From Utricularia gibba (lineage: Eukaryota; Plantae; Magnoliophyta): DNA of 64,000 nucleotides. Position numbers and translations under genes: made by a program. The stretch lies in contig NEEC01000020.1 of assembly GCA_002189035.1 (NCBI GenBank), positions 744,001-808,000 of the forward strand, in the 5' to 3' direction. Under the pieces are notes generated by a model. The model ran no database searches and was not told where the DNA came from. It saw only the letters and a program-made list of their open reading frames with translations. Below are positions 38,134 to 51,282 of the stretch, piece after piece (positions within the stretch are counted from its first letter, which is position 1; every line of letters begins with the position of its first letter).

Positions 38134-40472
38134 ATGGGGTGGTTTCTTTGTTGCGGGGAATTCAAGAAGAAATCCAAGAAATCAGAGGACAAGAGCTCCG
38201 AGGATCAGATCCCGTCTAACCCAAGTACCTCAGGGTTCAAAATGTTAGACAAAGGTTTCTGGGTTTTTTTTTTCTTTCCTGATGTATTGCAATTTTATTC
38301 AGCTCTTGGTTGCAACTCCAGTTCTTTAATTTGGGAGGTCTTTTGGGTTGCATTTCTCTGTTCTCATATTCCTCAGTTGATCGTCCTTTTTTCTTTGTTG
38401 TTTTCATGATCCCGTTTGATTTTTGTGCAAATGGGTATTGAAGAAGATTAATCTTTCTTTTCGCAGTAGGCTTAGGCTGCTTCCTCTTTTGACATAAATA
38501 TGAAGCCTTTTTTGTGTGTACTGATTCTTCATGCGTTTTCACGTTGTCTAATAAACCTTGCCACTTTAGTTTGTCCTTTGTGTTTTTCTTTTTCCGCCAT
38601 GGTTCCTGTGACACGCATGGGTTCCGATAGCTAAAACATTTGATTTGATCGCATTCATTATCTTTGGCAGAAAAGGGGAAGGAGGACTTCTCATCTGATT
38701 TGAAAAAAGAAGCTTCGAAAGACGGAGGATCAGGTCACATTGCAGCTCACACATTCACATTTCGTGAACTTGCCACAGCTACGAAGAATTTTAGGGCAGA
38801 TTGTCTTTTGGGTGAAGGTGGATTTGGAAGAGTATACAAGGGGCGTCTAGAGAGAACTAATCAGGTTATTTTGTCTACCTTTGTAGAGAATCACAATGAA
38901 CGTTCTGAATGAGAAACATATGAGCGTCAAAATTACATTGAGTACCATTCCATTTTTCCATAGGATATGATGAGCTTCCCCTCTGTTAGATCCAGAATCT
39001 TGCTTATTTTGTTTGTTTATGTGCCTGATCAAATTTTGATAAAACAGTTTTGTATGACACAAACTATATGTAATTGTCATTTGCTGATTTATGGGAGTTC
39101 AGTAGTACTTTTTCATGGATGCTGCTACCAGAGGACCTCCCAGTACTAAAGGATCTTTATGCACCCCTTGTGTAGGTAGTGGCGATAAAGCAGCTTGATC
39201 GAAATGGCCTGCAAGGGAACCGTGAATTTCTTGTTGAAGTGTTGATGCTAAGTCTACTTCATCACCCGAACTTGGTAAATTTGATTGGATATTGTGCTGA
39301 TGGAGATCAAAGACTCTTGGTGTATGAATACATGCCGTTGGGATCCCTTGAAGATCATCTTCATGGTGTGCACCTCTTTACTGGTTTTCATCATTTTAGG
39401 AAATTAAAAGAACTGCAGATATATTTTCACACACACGTGATATGAGCAAGACGTGAACTGTGATTTCTTTGATCTCCAGGTCTTCCACCGGACAAAAAGA
39501 GACTTGACTGGAACACAAGAATGAAAATAGCTGCCGGGGCTGCAAAGGGCTTGGAATATTTGCATGATAAAGCAAATCCTCCAGTCATATATCGAGATTT
39601 AAAATGCTCAAACATTCTATTAGACGAAGGATATCATCCCAAGCTTTCTGACTTTGGGTTGGCTAAGCTGGGACCTGTTGGTGACAAAACGCATGTTTCC
39701 ACTAGGGTGATGGGAACATATGGATACTGTGCTCCCGAATATGCAATGACAGGCCAGCTTACACTAAAATCTGATGTTTATAGTTTCGGAGTCGTCCTCC
39801 TGGAGATAATCACCGGCAGAAAGGCTATTGATAACTCAAAGGCGGCTGGTGAACACAATCTTGTCGCATGGGTAAGAGCCTTTTCAACTGTTCTTGATGC
39901 AGTTTGCTTCATTTTTATCTGCCAAGTTTGCACTTTTTGCTTGATACATGATATAGAAGGATGGAACTAGTTTCTGGGTCGCTTGTCATTTGAATAAAGT
40001 TGAAAAAAAAGAAACATAATGCCAGCATTATCCATGGAAAGACATCAAACTGCTGAACAGTTTACAAAAACCAGCTTTTTTCTATTCCTGAAACCAGCAG
40101 TTGTCAGATATCGGATGAATGCATGTATTTTTACAAATGAATCCTTGTGTATTTACGTGCATCTGCAATCGTGTCTGTTGCTTTATGCAGGCCCGGCCTC
40201 TGTTCAAGGATCGTCGAAAGTTCTCCCAGATGGCTGACCCCATGCTCCAAGGGCTGTACCCAGCCAGGGGGCTGTACCAGGCTCTAGCAGTCGCTGCAAT
40301 GTGTGTTCAGGAGCAACCCAATATGCGGCCTCTCATCGCAGACGTGGTAACCGCCTTAACGTACCTCGCCGCCCAGAAATTCGACCCGGATGCACATCCA
40401 GTTCAGAAGCAGCAGCAGACTCCTGGTTCAGGTTCCTCTACACCGAGGGTGCGGTGGGAACAACAGGGGTAG
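38134..40472 (+). CDS. PBL7: Receptor-like cytoplasmic kinase VII, PBL7-like
   Basis: Five exons give an MGWFLCCG acylation-type start, [67 protein letters not shown] and [11 protein letters not shown]. The exon 1 donor is ambiguous (38224 or 38254). Confidence 0.92.
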
Positions 40473-41022
40473 CGATCACCTGAACTGAAAACTCAGCTTG
40501 TCATCTTTTTACCATTCTGTGATATCAGAACATGGTCGGTTATTCAGCAACAGAAAAAGGAAAAAAGTGGACAGCAGTCCTCCAAACCTCACCCCTGAAT
40601 TTTGTGAAGTTGGTATTCTTTTATTTATAGGGTTCATTCCTTTTCATCTTGTTCAAAAGGCCTTCTTCTTCATTTCTCTCCATCGATGTAAAAGGGGAAT
40701 TCAGAATTCTGCATAACTTCTGCTAGTCTTCGTTGCCATGAAATTGTATGATATAGCATGAATGATTTACTGTGCTTCAGATAGAGTCCAAGACGAAAGA
40801 AATACCACCCACTCACGCCTCCGCCGCCGCGCTGAAACTGAAGGGCCTTCCGGGTAGGTGGGCAGTCCCCCGTGGACGGGCCATCACGGGGGGACGGAAT
40901 CTTTCTTCCTACAGTTCCCATTCCACTAACGGATACCGAGAGCGACATATGCGTTCTCAGGTGAAGTGGATGACGGATCTGGCGAGTCGCCGCCACTGAA
41001 AAATCACAGCGAGGAGTAGCCG

Positions 41023-42490
41023 ATGGGCTCGTCAAAGTTACTTACTTTGCCTGCTGTACTCACAATTGGGCGCGTTGCTGCTACCCCTGTTCTATCCAGT
41101 GGTGGGCGTTCCATCGCAATCTTTGTTGTTGACAGTTTGTCTTTTTTATGCGCTGTGTTCCATCTCCCTGATGTGTGAGCATTACCTCAGTTCATGTCCG
41201 GATCTGCATTGCTGAATGTATTTAATATGTTTATCAACTTTGACCAGGCTTCTATTCTGTCTTTTGGTCGGGGCCGGTTGCCACCAATGGAATGTTTGTA
41301 GCTGCTGCGATTAATGACTGGATATCTTGCTCAAAAGGTGATGATACTTTGGTCATTATGCTCTAACAAACTTCCACGTCTCTTAACTACATGATCCTTT
41401 GGATGTGGAGTTGCAGATGCTAGTTTGTACTCAGTTTTGGTGCATTTTTTGATGCTATAGGAGAGGGAAAGCTCCATAGTTTATATTGGTTTTAGAAAGG
41501 GTAGAGAAGTTGACAAGATTATTGGTGAACCTCAGGATGCATAGTGTATGATCTTGAGAAAATTGGGAGATGTAACATTGTATTGCATTCTGAGAGATGG
41601 CCCTTTGTGTCATCTTGTCCATCCTTCTTTTGTATAGCCGACCCCCGTCTGGCTTAAGGCAGACCTGCTGTTGCCATAATTGGTAGAGAGGTGAGGCTTA
41701 CATTTTAGCTTTTCCTAGAAACTTAAGCACTGTCTACGCCCCACCACCCGCACTGATAAACAAGTAACTGGACCCTTTGATTGGCTAGCATAAAAGCCAT
41801 GCCATTTACTCATTGTTTGTGGGCTGTTAAGTCAAATTTAGCAGCACATAATGAACCTGCTTTTCCTTTTGCTTGCCTTTTTATATGAGGCCACATCGTG
41901 TAGTTTTCTAGCCTCAGTCTGAAGAAAAAGTCCATTCTTTGCCCCTTGTTGAAGGTTCAGTCTAAGTTGTGGAAAATAACACCTATTTGCTTACTGCTTA
42001 GATGCAACTTGATTCAATGTGCTTATTCTCCTACATGCTATTGCAGTTAATGAAGTTGGAAATTGGAAAACCCCATTCCAGATGGCTGCTCTCACCATTC
42101 CTTTAGCTGCCCTAAGATGGAAGTTCTTGGTCCCCCTCCCCCCCCCCCCCCCTCATGCCATCTGAATCTCATTATCCCCTCTGAGAACTTGTGTGTTAAG
42201 GTACACAACATGCTATCCTTGTTTAGTATTGGAATCTTATGAATCGGTATACGAATGTGTTTCGTATCGGAATCTTATGAATCGATATAGAATGTGATTC
42301 ATATGGTATTTGAATGAATCAATATATGAATGTGCTTGGTATCTCATGTACATTTTCCTATCAACCAGCAAGCTCTAGCTTTTGCATTTGTGCAGGTTGG
42401 TTAGTGCAGGAAGCCTTGTGTCAGCTGCCATAGTGTACATCAGTTTGGAGGGAGCTGCTGCTGTAATCCCATCTTGAAAGCTGTTTATAA
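41023..42490 (+). pseudogene. PGPS: Unprocessed pseudogene of CDP-diacylglycerol:glycerol-3-phosphate phosphatidyltransferase (PGP synthase)
   Basis: Exon remnants in order are SSKLLTLPAVLTIGRVAATP (41023-41101), FYSVFWSGPVATNGMFVAAAINDW/YLAQK (41248-41337), FGAFFD (41436-41453), ILLLYSRP/PAVAIIGRE (to 41690), AIAVNEVGNWKTPFQMAALTI (from 42037) and LVSAAIVYIS/AVY (from 42396). There are several frameshifts, in-frame stops upstream and a lost acceptor. Confidence 0.88.
42225..42345. repeat. Minisatellite, about 3 copies of a 36-38 bp unit
   Basis: GGAATCTTATGAATCGGTATACGAATGTG starts at 42231, a near copy at 42269 and a degenerate copy at 42305, all inside the last intron of the pseudogene. 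Confidence 0.8.
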
Positions 42491-42635
42491 TCTTGGATTA
42501 CTGAGGTTTAAACATGATTAAGGGTGATTAATGATATAAATTACCATTGGTAGTTCTTCTCTGTTCTCATGTATAAAACCAGAGAGAGCAACAGAGGCAT
42601 ATTTGTCTGTCTTGTTCGTTTGGTTGTTTTCTGAT

Positions 42636-43893
42636 ATGGATGAAGGGGGCGTTGGCACTGATAAGATCAGCTACGAAGTCTTCTCAATTCTTGAGGCCAA
42701 TTTCTTGTTCGGTTGCAGAGGAGATGAAGGTCTCCGGGTTGGTGCTAAAGAAGCTTCTTCCGGTGGCGGTAAGCAGAGGAGGAAAATCTGTATCCTCAGC
42801 GTCGACGGCGGGGGGATGCCGGGGGCCACTCCGGCGAAAGCGCTGTGGTATTTGGAAACGGCTTTCAGGAGGAAGTCGGGAAATCCCAACTCCACGATTT
42901 CCGACTATTTTGATATCGCCGCCGGCACCGGCGTCGGCGGGATCCTCATCGCGATGCTGTTCGCCTCCAAAGATGGGACTCGTCCGATTTTCGACGCCGG
43001 AGAAATGGGAGGCTTATTGATCAAGAGACGTGCGGGCAGACGAGGTCTTCTCCGGAGGCTGTTGGGTGGTGGAGAAGAGACTGGAGGGGCGGCGGCGGCG
43101 ATGAAAGCGGCGTTCAGGGACGACAGAACAGGGAGGAGCTTAACTTTGAAAGATACGCTGAAGCCGATATTGATTCCGTGCTACGATTTATCAAGCGCTG
43201 CGCCGTTTCTCTTCTCGAGGGCCGACGCGTTGCAATCCCACAGCTTCGATTTCACCCTCTGGGAAATCTGCGCCGCCACCGCCGCCGAGCCGGGACCGGT
43301 GTGCATCAACTCCGTCGACGGATCCACCCGTTGCGTGGCGGTTGACGGCAGGGTGGCGATGAGTAACCCCACCGCGGCCGCGATGACCCACGTGATGCAT
43401 AACAAAAAAGAATTCCCATTTGTGCGGGGAACGGAGGATATGATCGTGGTCTCCATCGGAGCAGAGGGGTCTCCGGCGGTGGACTCCGAAAAGTCGAAGA
43501 AGTGGAATGGGGAAGATTGGGTGAAGGCATTAGCTAGCATCTCCGGCGAGAGCTCCGCGGAGATGGTTGATCAAGCGGTGGCGATGGCGTTCGGGGAGAA
43601 CAGGGGAAGCAATTACGTGCGGATTCAGGTAAAACGGAACGGAGCCCATAAATTTCACAACGACGAAATATTGATCTTTTGCGCATTTTCAGGCGAACGG
43701 ATCCCGGAGCTGGGATGAAACTCTGAAACTGAAAAACGTGGAGTCGGTTCTGCTGGGCGGAAGGAGAATCGGGGAGAAAACAAACGCCGAGAAACTGGAC
43801 TGGGTGGCGGAGCAGCTGGTGGTGGAGCATCGCCGGAGGAGTTGCAGCCCCGCCGTCGTTCTCAGAAACGCTGCGGATGATTCTCCTTCCTAA
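42636..43893 (+). CDS. Patatin-related phospholipase A, group III (pPLAIII / PLP6-7-like)
   Basis: Exons 42636-43628 and 43693-43893 flank a 64-nt intron. Motifs are TDKISYEVFSILEANFLFG, DYFDIAAGTGVGG, MSNPTAAAMTHVMHNKKEFPFVRG and KNVESVL. Confidence 0.92.
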
Positions 43894-46800
43894 TTTAACT
43901 CATGCCTCCGCACTAAACGTTAAAATTGTTAAACGAATATTATTGGAAACCTTTCTCCATGTTACTAATATAATAAATTAATTATTAATTTATTAGAGAT
44001 AATTTGTAACGTATTTTTATATTTAAAAAATAAAATTAGAGATTTCTTTATAGAAGTAATAAGGCTGTATTTTTTGTATTTTAATAAAATTCATTCAAAG
44101 AGTAATTTAAAAAAATAAAAATTGGAGTTTTACAATTTATTAACAATACGTGTTTTTAAATTTTTAAATTTCTTTTGTAACAAAATTCATTCGTCTTTAA
44201 TAACTAAATTACCTTTGAAATATTTATTTTTTGAGAAATATTTCTAATAAAATAGAAAGTGGATTTCTACAACTTAGTAAAAATAAAAAATATTTTTAAA
44301 ATTTTGACATTTTTAAATTATAAATTATTCATACTTAATAACAAATAATATTTTTCAATAAGTAAAAATTATTCAAATAGAGTTTAAAATTTTTAATTTT
44401 AAATTATATTTAATATGAATTTAAAAATATTTTTGATATAAAGTATAATTAAATGTAAATCATTTTTATTTTTTGAAAAAATAAAATAAGTTTAAAGTAT
44501 ATTGACGATCTTAGCTTAGAAGGAAGGAAACCTTATGTTGAAATGGTGCATATTGATGATATGTGATTGTTGCTTATACCTCTTCATCAAAATCTCTTTT
44601 TTCTTAGTCTAAATGATATTGAATCGCAATTGAATCTTCAAATGTCATGCGAAAATTGTTCATAATTCAAACTTCCTAATCAAGCATATGTTACCATAAA
44701 CTAACAATCACATTTCATGTCTACCATAATTTTCTAAAAGTCAAGTTTTAAGTTAAATAGTATCAATTACATTTTTATATTAAATTTAAATTTATTTTAG
44801 TGGTGTTATATTCATAATAATAGTTTTAGTTTATAATTTTAATAAAAAATATTAATAGTATATACATCAATAATTTTTTTCATGATACATTTCTTTATTT
44901 GATAGTATGAAATTATATGGTATTTCAACTGATATCTGATCTAAATTTTTAAACATTCAATTGATTTGAATTCCAATATACACGAAAATTTGCGATATTA
45001 TAAATGTTCGATTTTAATTGATATCTAATAATCGATATCTTAGAACTTTCAACCAAGTGGTATGTCTATTTGTGATGACAAAAATGAAGTAATCCAAAGT
45101 AGACCCATGATTGGGGTCTTGATTAATTAATTGATTAATGCTATTCTAATGATAAAGTAACAATTATTAGGCAGCCTAATTCCAAATATAAAAAAAGAAG
45201 CATGAGGATGGGCTGCCCTCAACTCTTTATCTTATTTAGAAGTTGGGGGGCTAACCTTTAACTTTCCAAGTATGCTAAAAAAAGAGTGTTTTAATCACAA
45301 ATGATAAGTGCATTTATCATCCTTTTTTCTTTGTTTGTGGAGATGGTCTCCTACCAATATCACTTTCTTTTGTTTATATTTTCAAATCAAAGATTCATAG
45401 CCTATTTTGTTTTTATAATTTATTAAAGGGATTTTGTTTAATTTTTAAGATTTTAATCATTAATTGTTATATACTAAAATTAGAAATTTAAATCCTGTAT
45501 TTAGTTTTAAAAAATAATTAAATTTATGTTTCAATGATTAAATAAAAGATTAATTAGAAAAATTATATATTATTTTTTATCTATTCTAAAAATACATTTT
45601 TATCATACATTTAATTATTTCATATATTATTTACTTTTTATTTATACAACAATTTAATACATTAAATTTTATAATATATTTTTTTATGCTATAACAAAAA
45701 ATAATTTTACAATTTCAAATAGATTCTATTTACATAATCTTAAAATCGATTATATTCTACATTATTTATAACATAATTTCAAATTACAAAACATGCCCTC
45801 GATTTAGTAATTCTCTCAATTTTCAAGATGATTTCATCGTTTTGGATTTTTTTTTTACCATCCGTAGGTGGAAAGGGTAATGTGATGAAGGTGAGTGTGG
45901 TAGTTAGATTAGTGGGATGGTAGTTTGGGTGGGCCCCACAAAATACAAGAGTTCGATGTGACACGTGGACAAGGAATTCGGGCACCAAATAATCATTCCC
46001 TTCCTAATAGCTACATTTCACTTGTTTGACAATGGGCAGCGCGTGGGCTCTACCTTCCCACCCATCACGCGCTATCCTCCATTTCCAAAAAAAGAAAAAG
46101 AAAATAAAACGCTTGAGGGGGGAGTTTTTTTATTTAATTAATTTTGAAAATTGACAATTTTTTGTAGCATACATTTTTCGTAATATATAAAAAATGGCCA
46201 TATTTCAGAATATATTTTCACAACAATTTGAGAAAAATAACCAAAATTTAAAATATTTTTCATAATAATGATATCAAATGTTAAAAATTTACAAACACTG
46301 TAATAATTTCTTGTTTATATTTTTAAATTTGATCTCATCATTTTTTAATTCAATATGATTTGCATATTTTGAGATAGAAAAGGTATATTTTTGGAAAAAT
46401 TACATTTCAATTTTGTCACTACTCCTTAAATAGAAAGTATTCAAACATTCATTGATCATCATATTATTGGTAAATTATATTACTTTTTGATAGTCATGAT
46501 TTCATGTCTTCAATCATAATATGAATTGAAAACATACAAAGAAGATCCTTGCACTTCTTTGGCACTATATTTTCTAGACCTTGTATAATAAAAATCAATT
46601 ATGTTTAATAGTAAAATGTTTATACAACATTTTTATAGAATCATAAAATATTCTGAAAGGTAAGAGTACCTAACCACACTATTCTACACTAATTACCAAT
46701 GAAGTAATAAATATATTTAAATAGAGAGATTCTAATAATCTTATATGATGTATTTTTCTCAAAAGAAAAAAACGTAAAATCTTCACAAATTGAATAATAT

Positions 46801-47134
46801 TCTATAAAAAAAACATGTGTTATGATATATTTCATACAAATTCTTAATTTCTATTTCAATATGTTTGTTAAAAAACATTTTTTTTAAAAAAATACTTATA
46901 ATAAAATAAAACTTGAATCTCTACAAGTTTTTTTTTTGAAATATAAATTTCTAATAAAATTGATTTTAAAATATTTTATAAAAGCAGAAAGTATTTTAAA
47001 TAGATTTAAACTGCTTACAGAGGATCAGCAGCCCATAAATGGAAGAAATAACAAATCTGGACAGATGGGTCTCAAAAGAAATGCAGCAATGGAGGAGAGG
47101 AGTTCACCAGAGCCTAAAGCCTATTAGATTTCAC

Positions 47135-50100
47135 CTATGGTATGTATGTTGGTTGGCTGCTTCCTGCGACGGACGCCACACCAACCTCTGCCGGAAAAGC
47201 TCCCGCCAAACTGGCTCCATCCACCACCTCTTTCAAAGAACTTTGCTGAACAGATTGCATGACTGCTGTGGAAGGAGCTTTGGCTTTGAGCATCATCTCT
47301 TCATACTCATCATCAGGTGTCGAAAGGGCCGTGATGGCGCCTCCGGCTCCGATCGACGCCTCGCCTTCATGAATCACGACCGTTCTGATGACGATGTTGA
47401 GATCAAATGTCTGGTTGTAGCTCAGGTAGCCGATGCATCCGGAGTAGACGCCTCTTGAGCAGCTCTCAAGGGAGTCTAGAATTTCCATGGTTCTCAACTT
47501 GGGAGCGCCTGTCATTGATCCGCCAGGGAAAGCTGATCGAATGCAGTCGACGGCGGTGACGTTCGACTGTTTCTTCCCTCGGATTGTGCTCACCATGGTG
47601 TGGATTGTAGAATAGGATTCCACTTCCATGAGATGTGGGACGTGAACTGATCCTGGCTCACAGACACGCCCCAGATCGTTCCTTAGAAGGTCCACGATCA
47701 TCAGATTCTCTGCTTGATCCTTTTCACTGCATAAAAATGGCATCATGTATCAGACACGAGTTCCGGTGCCGGCATCAAGCAGTTCTTCGAAACATAATGC
47801 ATTCTACATTGCTGGAAGCAGTACCTGTACTGAAGTTGGAGCTTGAGTAGTTGGTCCTCTTCAGGGGATCTTCCACGAGCTATGGTGCCTTTGATGGGCT
47901 TTGCTTCAAGAATCCCATTCCTGTCCAACCTCAGGAACCTTTCAGGTGAAGAGCAGCATATGCACAGATTTTCCGTCGAAAAATTGAGCCATGCAGCATA
48001 CGGCGCCGGGTTCCTATCTCTAAGATTGAGGTAGAGACCAAAACAGTCCATTTCCTCAACTCTTCTTGTCATCTGCGTTGTAAGACATATCTCATAGCTC
48101 TCTCCATCTTTTATGAATTTCTGGCACTTACCAATGTCTTCTATGTATTGCTCTCTCGATTTCTCGGTTAAAAATCCTTCATCCGGGGAATATTGCAATG
48201 GATCAGGAGAAGCAGAGGGTGCTGGCTCGCTCCCCATGCTTACTGTCATATTCATAAGCTTCTTCTCAACGTGATCAAGCCATGGAGTTGTGCTCATCTT
48301 TGTTTCGAGCAAAGACAAGAGGTAAATATAACCACAATGGTGATCAATAACCACCAAATTATCTGCAAAGAAGAGGCAAGCATCAGGGGTCCTTGACTTA
48401 TGTTGATTCTCAGACACCCCACATTCAACTTTAAGATCATATCTGCATTTCAGTTGCACCCACTATCAGTATTTCAAGTATGGCAAAACAAAATGTTTCT
48501 CCACACAAAGATGCTTCGCCTACCCGATATAACCAACGTAGCCACCGCAGAAATCGAAAGGCAGAGCTTCATAATCTGCAGCATCATAGCAGTATGACTG
48601 CAGTTCCTGGCACAAGTAGACAGGATGGAAAGGAAAATGAGCAACAACCTTCTTTATGCTGAAGCTTCAACTAGGAAAAACTAAAAGAGGGTGATGACCT
48701 GATTCAAAAAGCTGAACAGTCCATCCTCCAAATATGTACTTCTAGCACAGCCTGCAGCATCTTCAATGCATAGATAGCCTCCCTGATTAGTAGCCAACTT
48801 GTTGCTGCTGTCATCATGCAAATGATGATGATAAGAGGAAATGGTATGAATAAGTTAAATAGAACTTCAAAGCATCACTGAATGCACTCTAACCTCTTGT
48901 CAGGCAATCTAAATGTCACTTGCTTCCAGAGTGGTCCACCTTTTCCCCCATAAATGAAAAGCGAGCTCTACTCTACGAAGCAGTAGCACACCATCAAACT
49001 ATGCATATAAGTTGATTCCATTCAACAAAGGAAATTAAAAAAGCAAGGACATTAAAGAGAAAAACCATCTCTGTCGAAGAACTGTCAAGCCAAAATGTGT
49101 TTGCAGCTCTATTTTGGTTAAAAAGCTCACAAAATATGTTTTTTGCTCCACCAAGTTGCCTCACAGTGCGTTTCAATTTTCTCCAAACCAACTTCAAAAA
49201 TTTTGATTTTGTTGACAATAATGGGCTCATCAAGCTGCCGTTGCTGACTGACTTATTCACCAAATATTTTGCAACATCTTGCAACGCAGAATTTTTATTC
49301 ATCTGATTGCACACTATGTAAGGTTCAAAGATCAGAGTAAATCAAAGGAGATGATTCTTATAGAAATGAATGATTCCTATATAACATACTCTAGCTGACA
49401 TGAAAAAGAGAAAGTAAAAGATTCCAAATGTCTGTGGTGCAAAAATGCTGCACTAGGCCAGCCACTAAGGAATACCAACCCAAAAAGTCTGAATGCTAAC
49501 TTTGAATGAAACAGTGCATATAGAGGATATTACCAAAATGTTGAATTTCCATATTTATTGATGATGATCTCTTCCTAAACCAGTAGTCTCTTGTAATGTC
49601 AGCAAAGTTTTTGAAAATTTGCCTGCCATAATTTGTTGCAACGCTCTCAGGATGAAACTGGATCCAAGCAAATCAGTCACTTTTTGAAAAACAAAAAAAG
49701 AAAAAAAATTCTTTTCATGATTAGCATGGAGAATAACCTGCAACCCATAATGAGGCCTAGTTGAATGCATGATTCCCATAAGAACATTTCCACTCAGATC
49801 GTCCATTTGATATGGAGTTTTAGAAGAGAGTGGATGACTATTGGCAAGATAATCTAAATCACGAGTTCCAAGTGATGGGACCATCTGGGAGGAGGTCCAT
49901 GCAATGGGAATAAGTTCCTCAGGTAGAGAGTTTGGGTCAATCACAAGAGAATGATATCTGACCACCTGTGGCAAACCAGCTTTAGAAATGTTAATCAACA
50001 GGGGTCTATAAACAGGAAGGTGCAACTGCAAGCTAAAGAGACTGAGGTCACTATAAACTTAGATTCAGGCAGAGCGATGACTTCACTTTAAATCCAGAAT

Positions 50101-51282
50101 TCCTGCCTGAAGGTATTCCACGGAACAACTCACAATTACCATGCTCAATTTCACTGCAAATGTCAAGAGGAAAATTACTAGATGTAACACTATATTTTCT
50201 GGTGTCGAAAAAATTTGTATCTGCTGAATAGAAAAACGATTTCACACCTCAATCTTCCATGAACGGGTTCAGGAGCATGAATAACGTGAGCACCATGAGC
50301 ATGGCCTAAAGCCTGAAAAAAATTAACCCATTCATCAAATCAACTGAACATAAGTTAATGCAATAGGAGAAGAACAGTTGATATCACCACAGACAGCATC
50401 ATCAGAAATAATCCTTGACAATTTGGAATAGGTTCATGAACATCACATGAGAAAGCATCAGGAGGTAAAATTAAGTAATTGCCATGATGTTCGAGGAGAA
50501 CGTTCTACCTCAAGAGTATATCTACCTGATGGCCAAGACAAATGCCTAAAATAGGGATGTCTGGGCATTCAAGCAGCAACCTGAGACATATTCCTGGAAT
50601 TTAGATGTCCATGGTTCAAATCAGGTGGGTTCCCAGATTAGATGTAAAGATTAAGACAAAACACGAAGCAAGAAGGCATTGAGTCTTATCCAACCTATAT
50701 CAGCCGCACATGCTGGAGTTCCTGGACCTGGAGATATCACGATATTGTCAAACGCCCTTAACTCATAGACATAATGATATATTTCTTCCCAAGACGACGA
50801 ATCATTATAGATCACCACAGGAGCCACTGACATGGATCAAGGAGAAAGCAAGAGGAGTTCACACAATATTAGTACTACATCACCCAAGATTCGTACTACT
50901 GCAAGATCTATCCACTCACTGGAGATTCCAAAACAACTAGTACAATATTAAAAAAAAAAAAAAACTTACATCCATTAACAACAGAAAGCTCCTGGTAAAT
51001 ATTGTAAGTGTAACTATCGTAATTGTCAATCAGCAAAGTCCGCACGAATCCCAACTCTGCAGAAGGCTTCTTATGCTCGAATTGTGCTGCATATGATCCC
51101 TCCACATCCCCTTTGTAAAGACTCATTACCTTACCCGCTAAAAAATGTTTACTTTTGTTCTTCAACTCAACGAAACCACGTGAAGTTTTCGGCACAAGCT
51201 CTTTGAAATCCCTACTCTGTGAAATATACTCTAGCGAAGTAAGCGAGGGATGACGCATCGAAAAGCCCATTGCTCGTGCCAC
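47135..51282 (-). CDS. ADCS: Plastid aminodeoxychorismate synthase (PabA-PabB fusion); apparent 1-nt frameshift near 48945 as assembled
   Basis: Multi-exon model with a transit peptide, [76 protein letters not shown] and [11 protein letters not shown]. The start could be 51282 or 51270. Confidence 0.95.

Noticed and set aside
40670-41035. 121-aa minus-strand ORF and a GC hairpin at 40865-40895
   Set aside because: No recognisable domain. It is better explained as the antisense shadow of the GC-rich former 5' end of the PGPS pseudogene.
41336-41460. GTGATGA resembling a snoRNA C box
   Set aside because: No CTGA D box or terminal stem at a suitable distance. The GT is the donor of a pseudogene exon.
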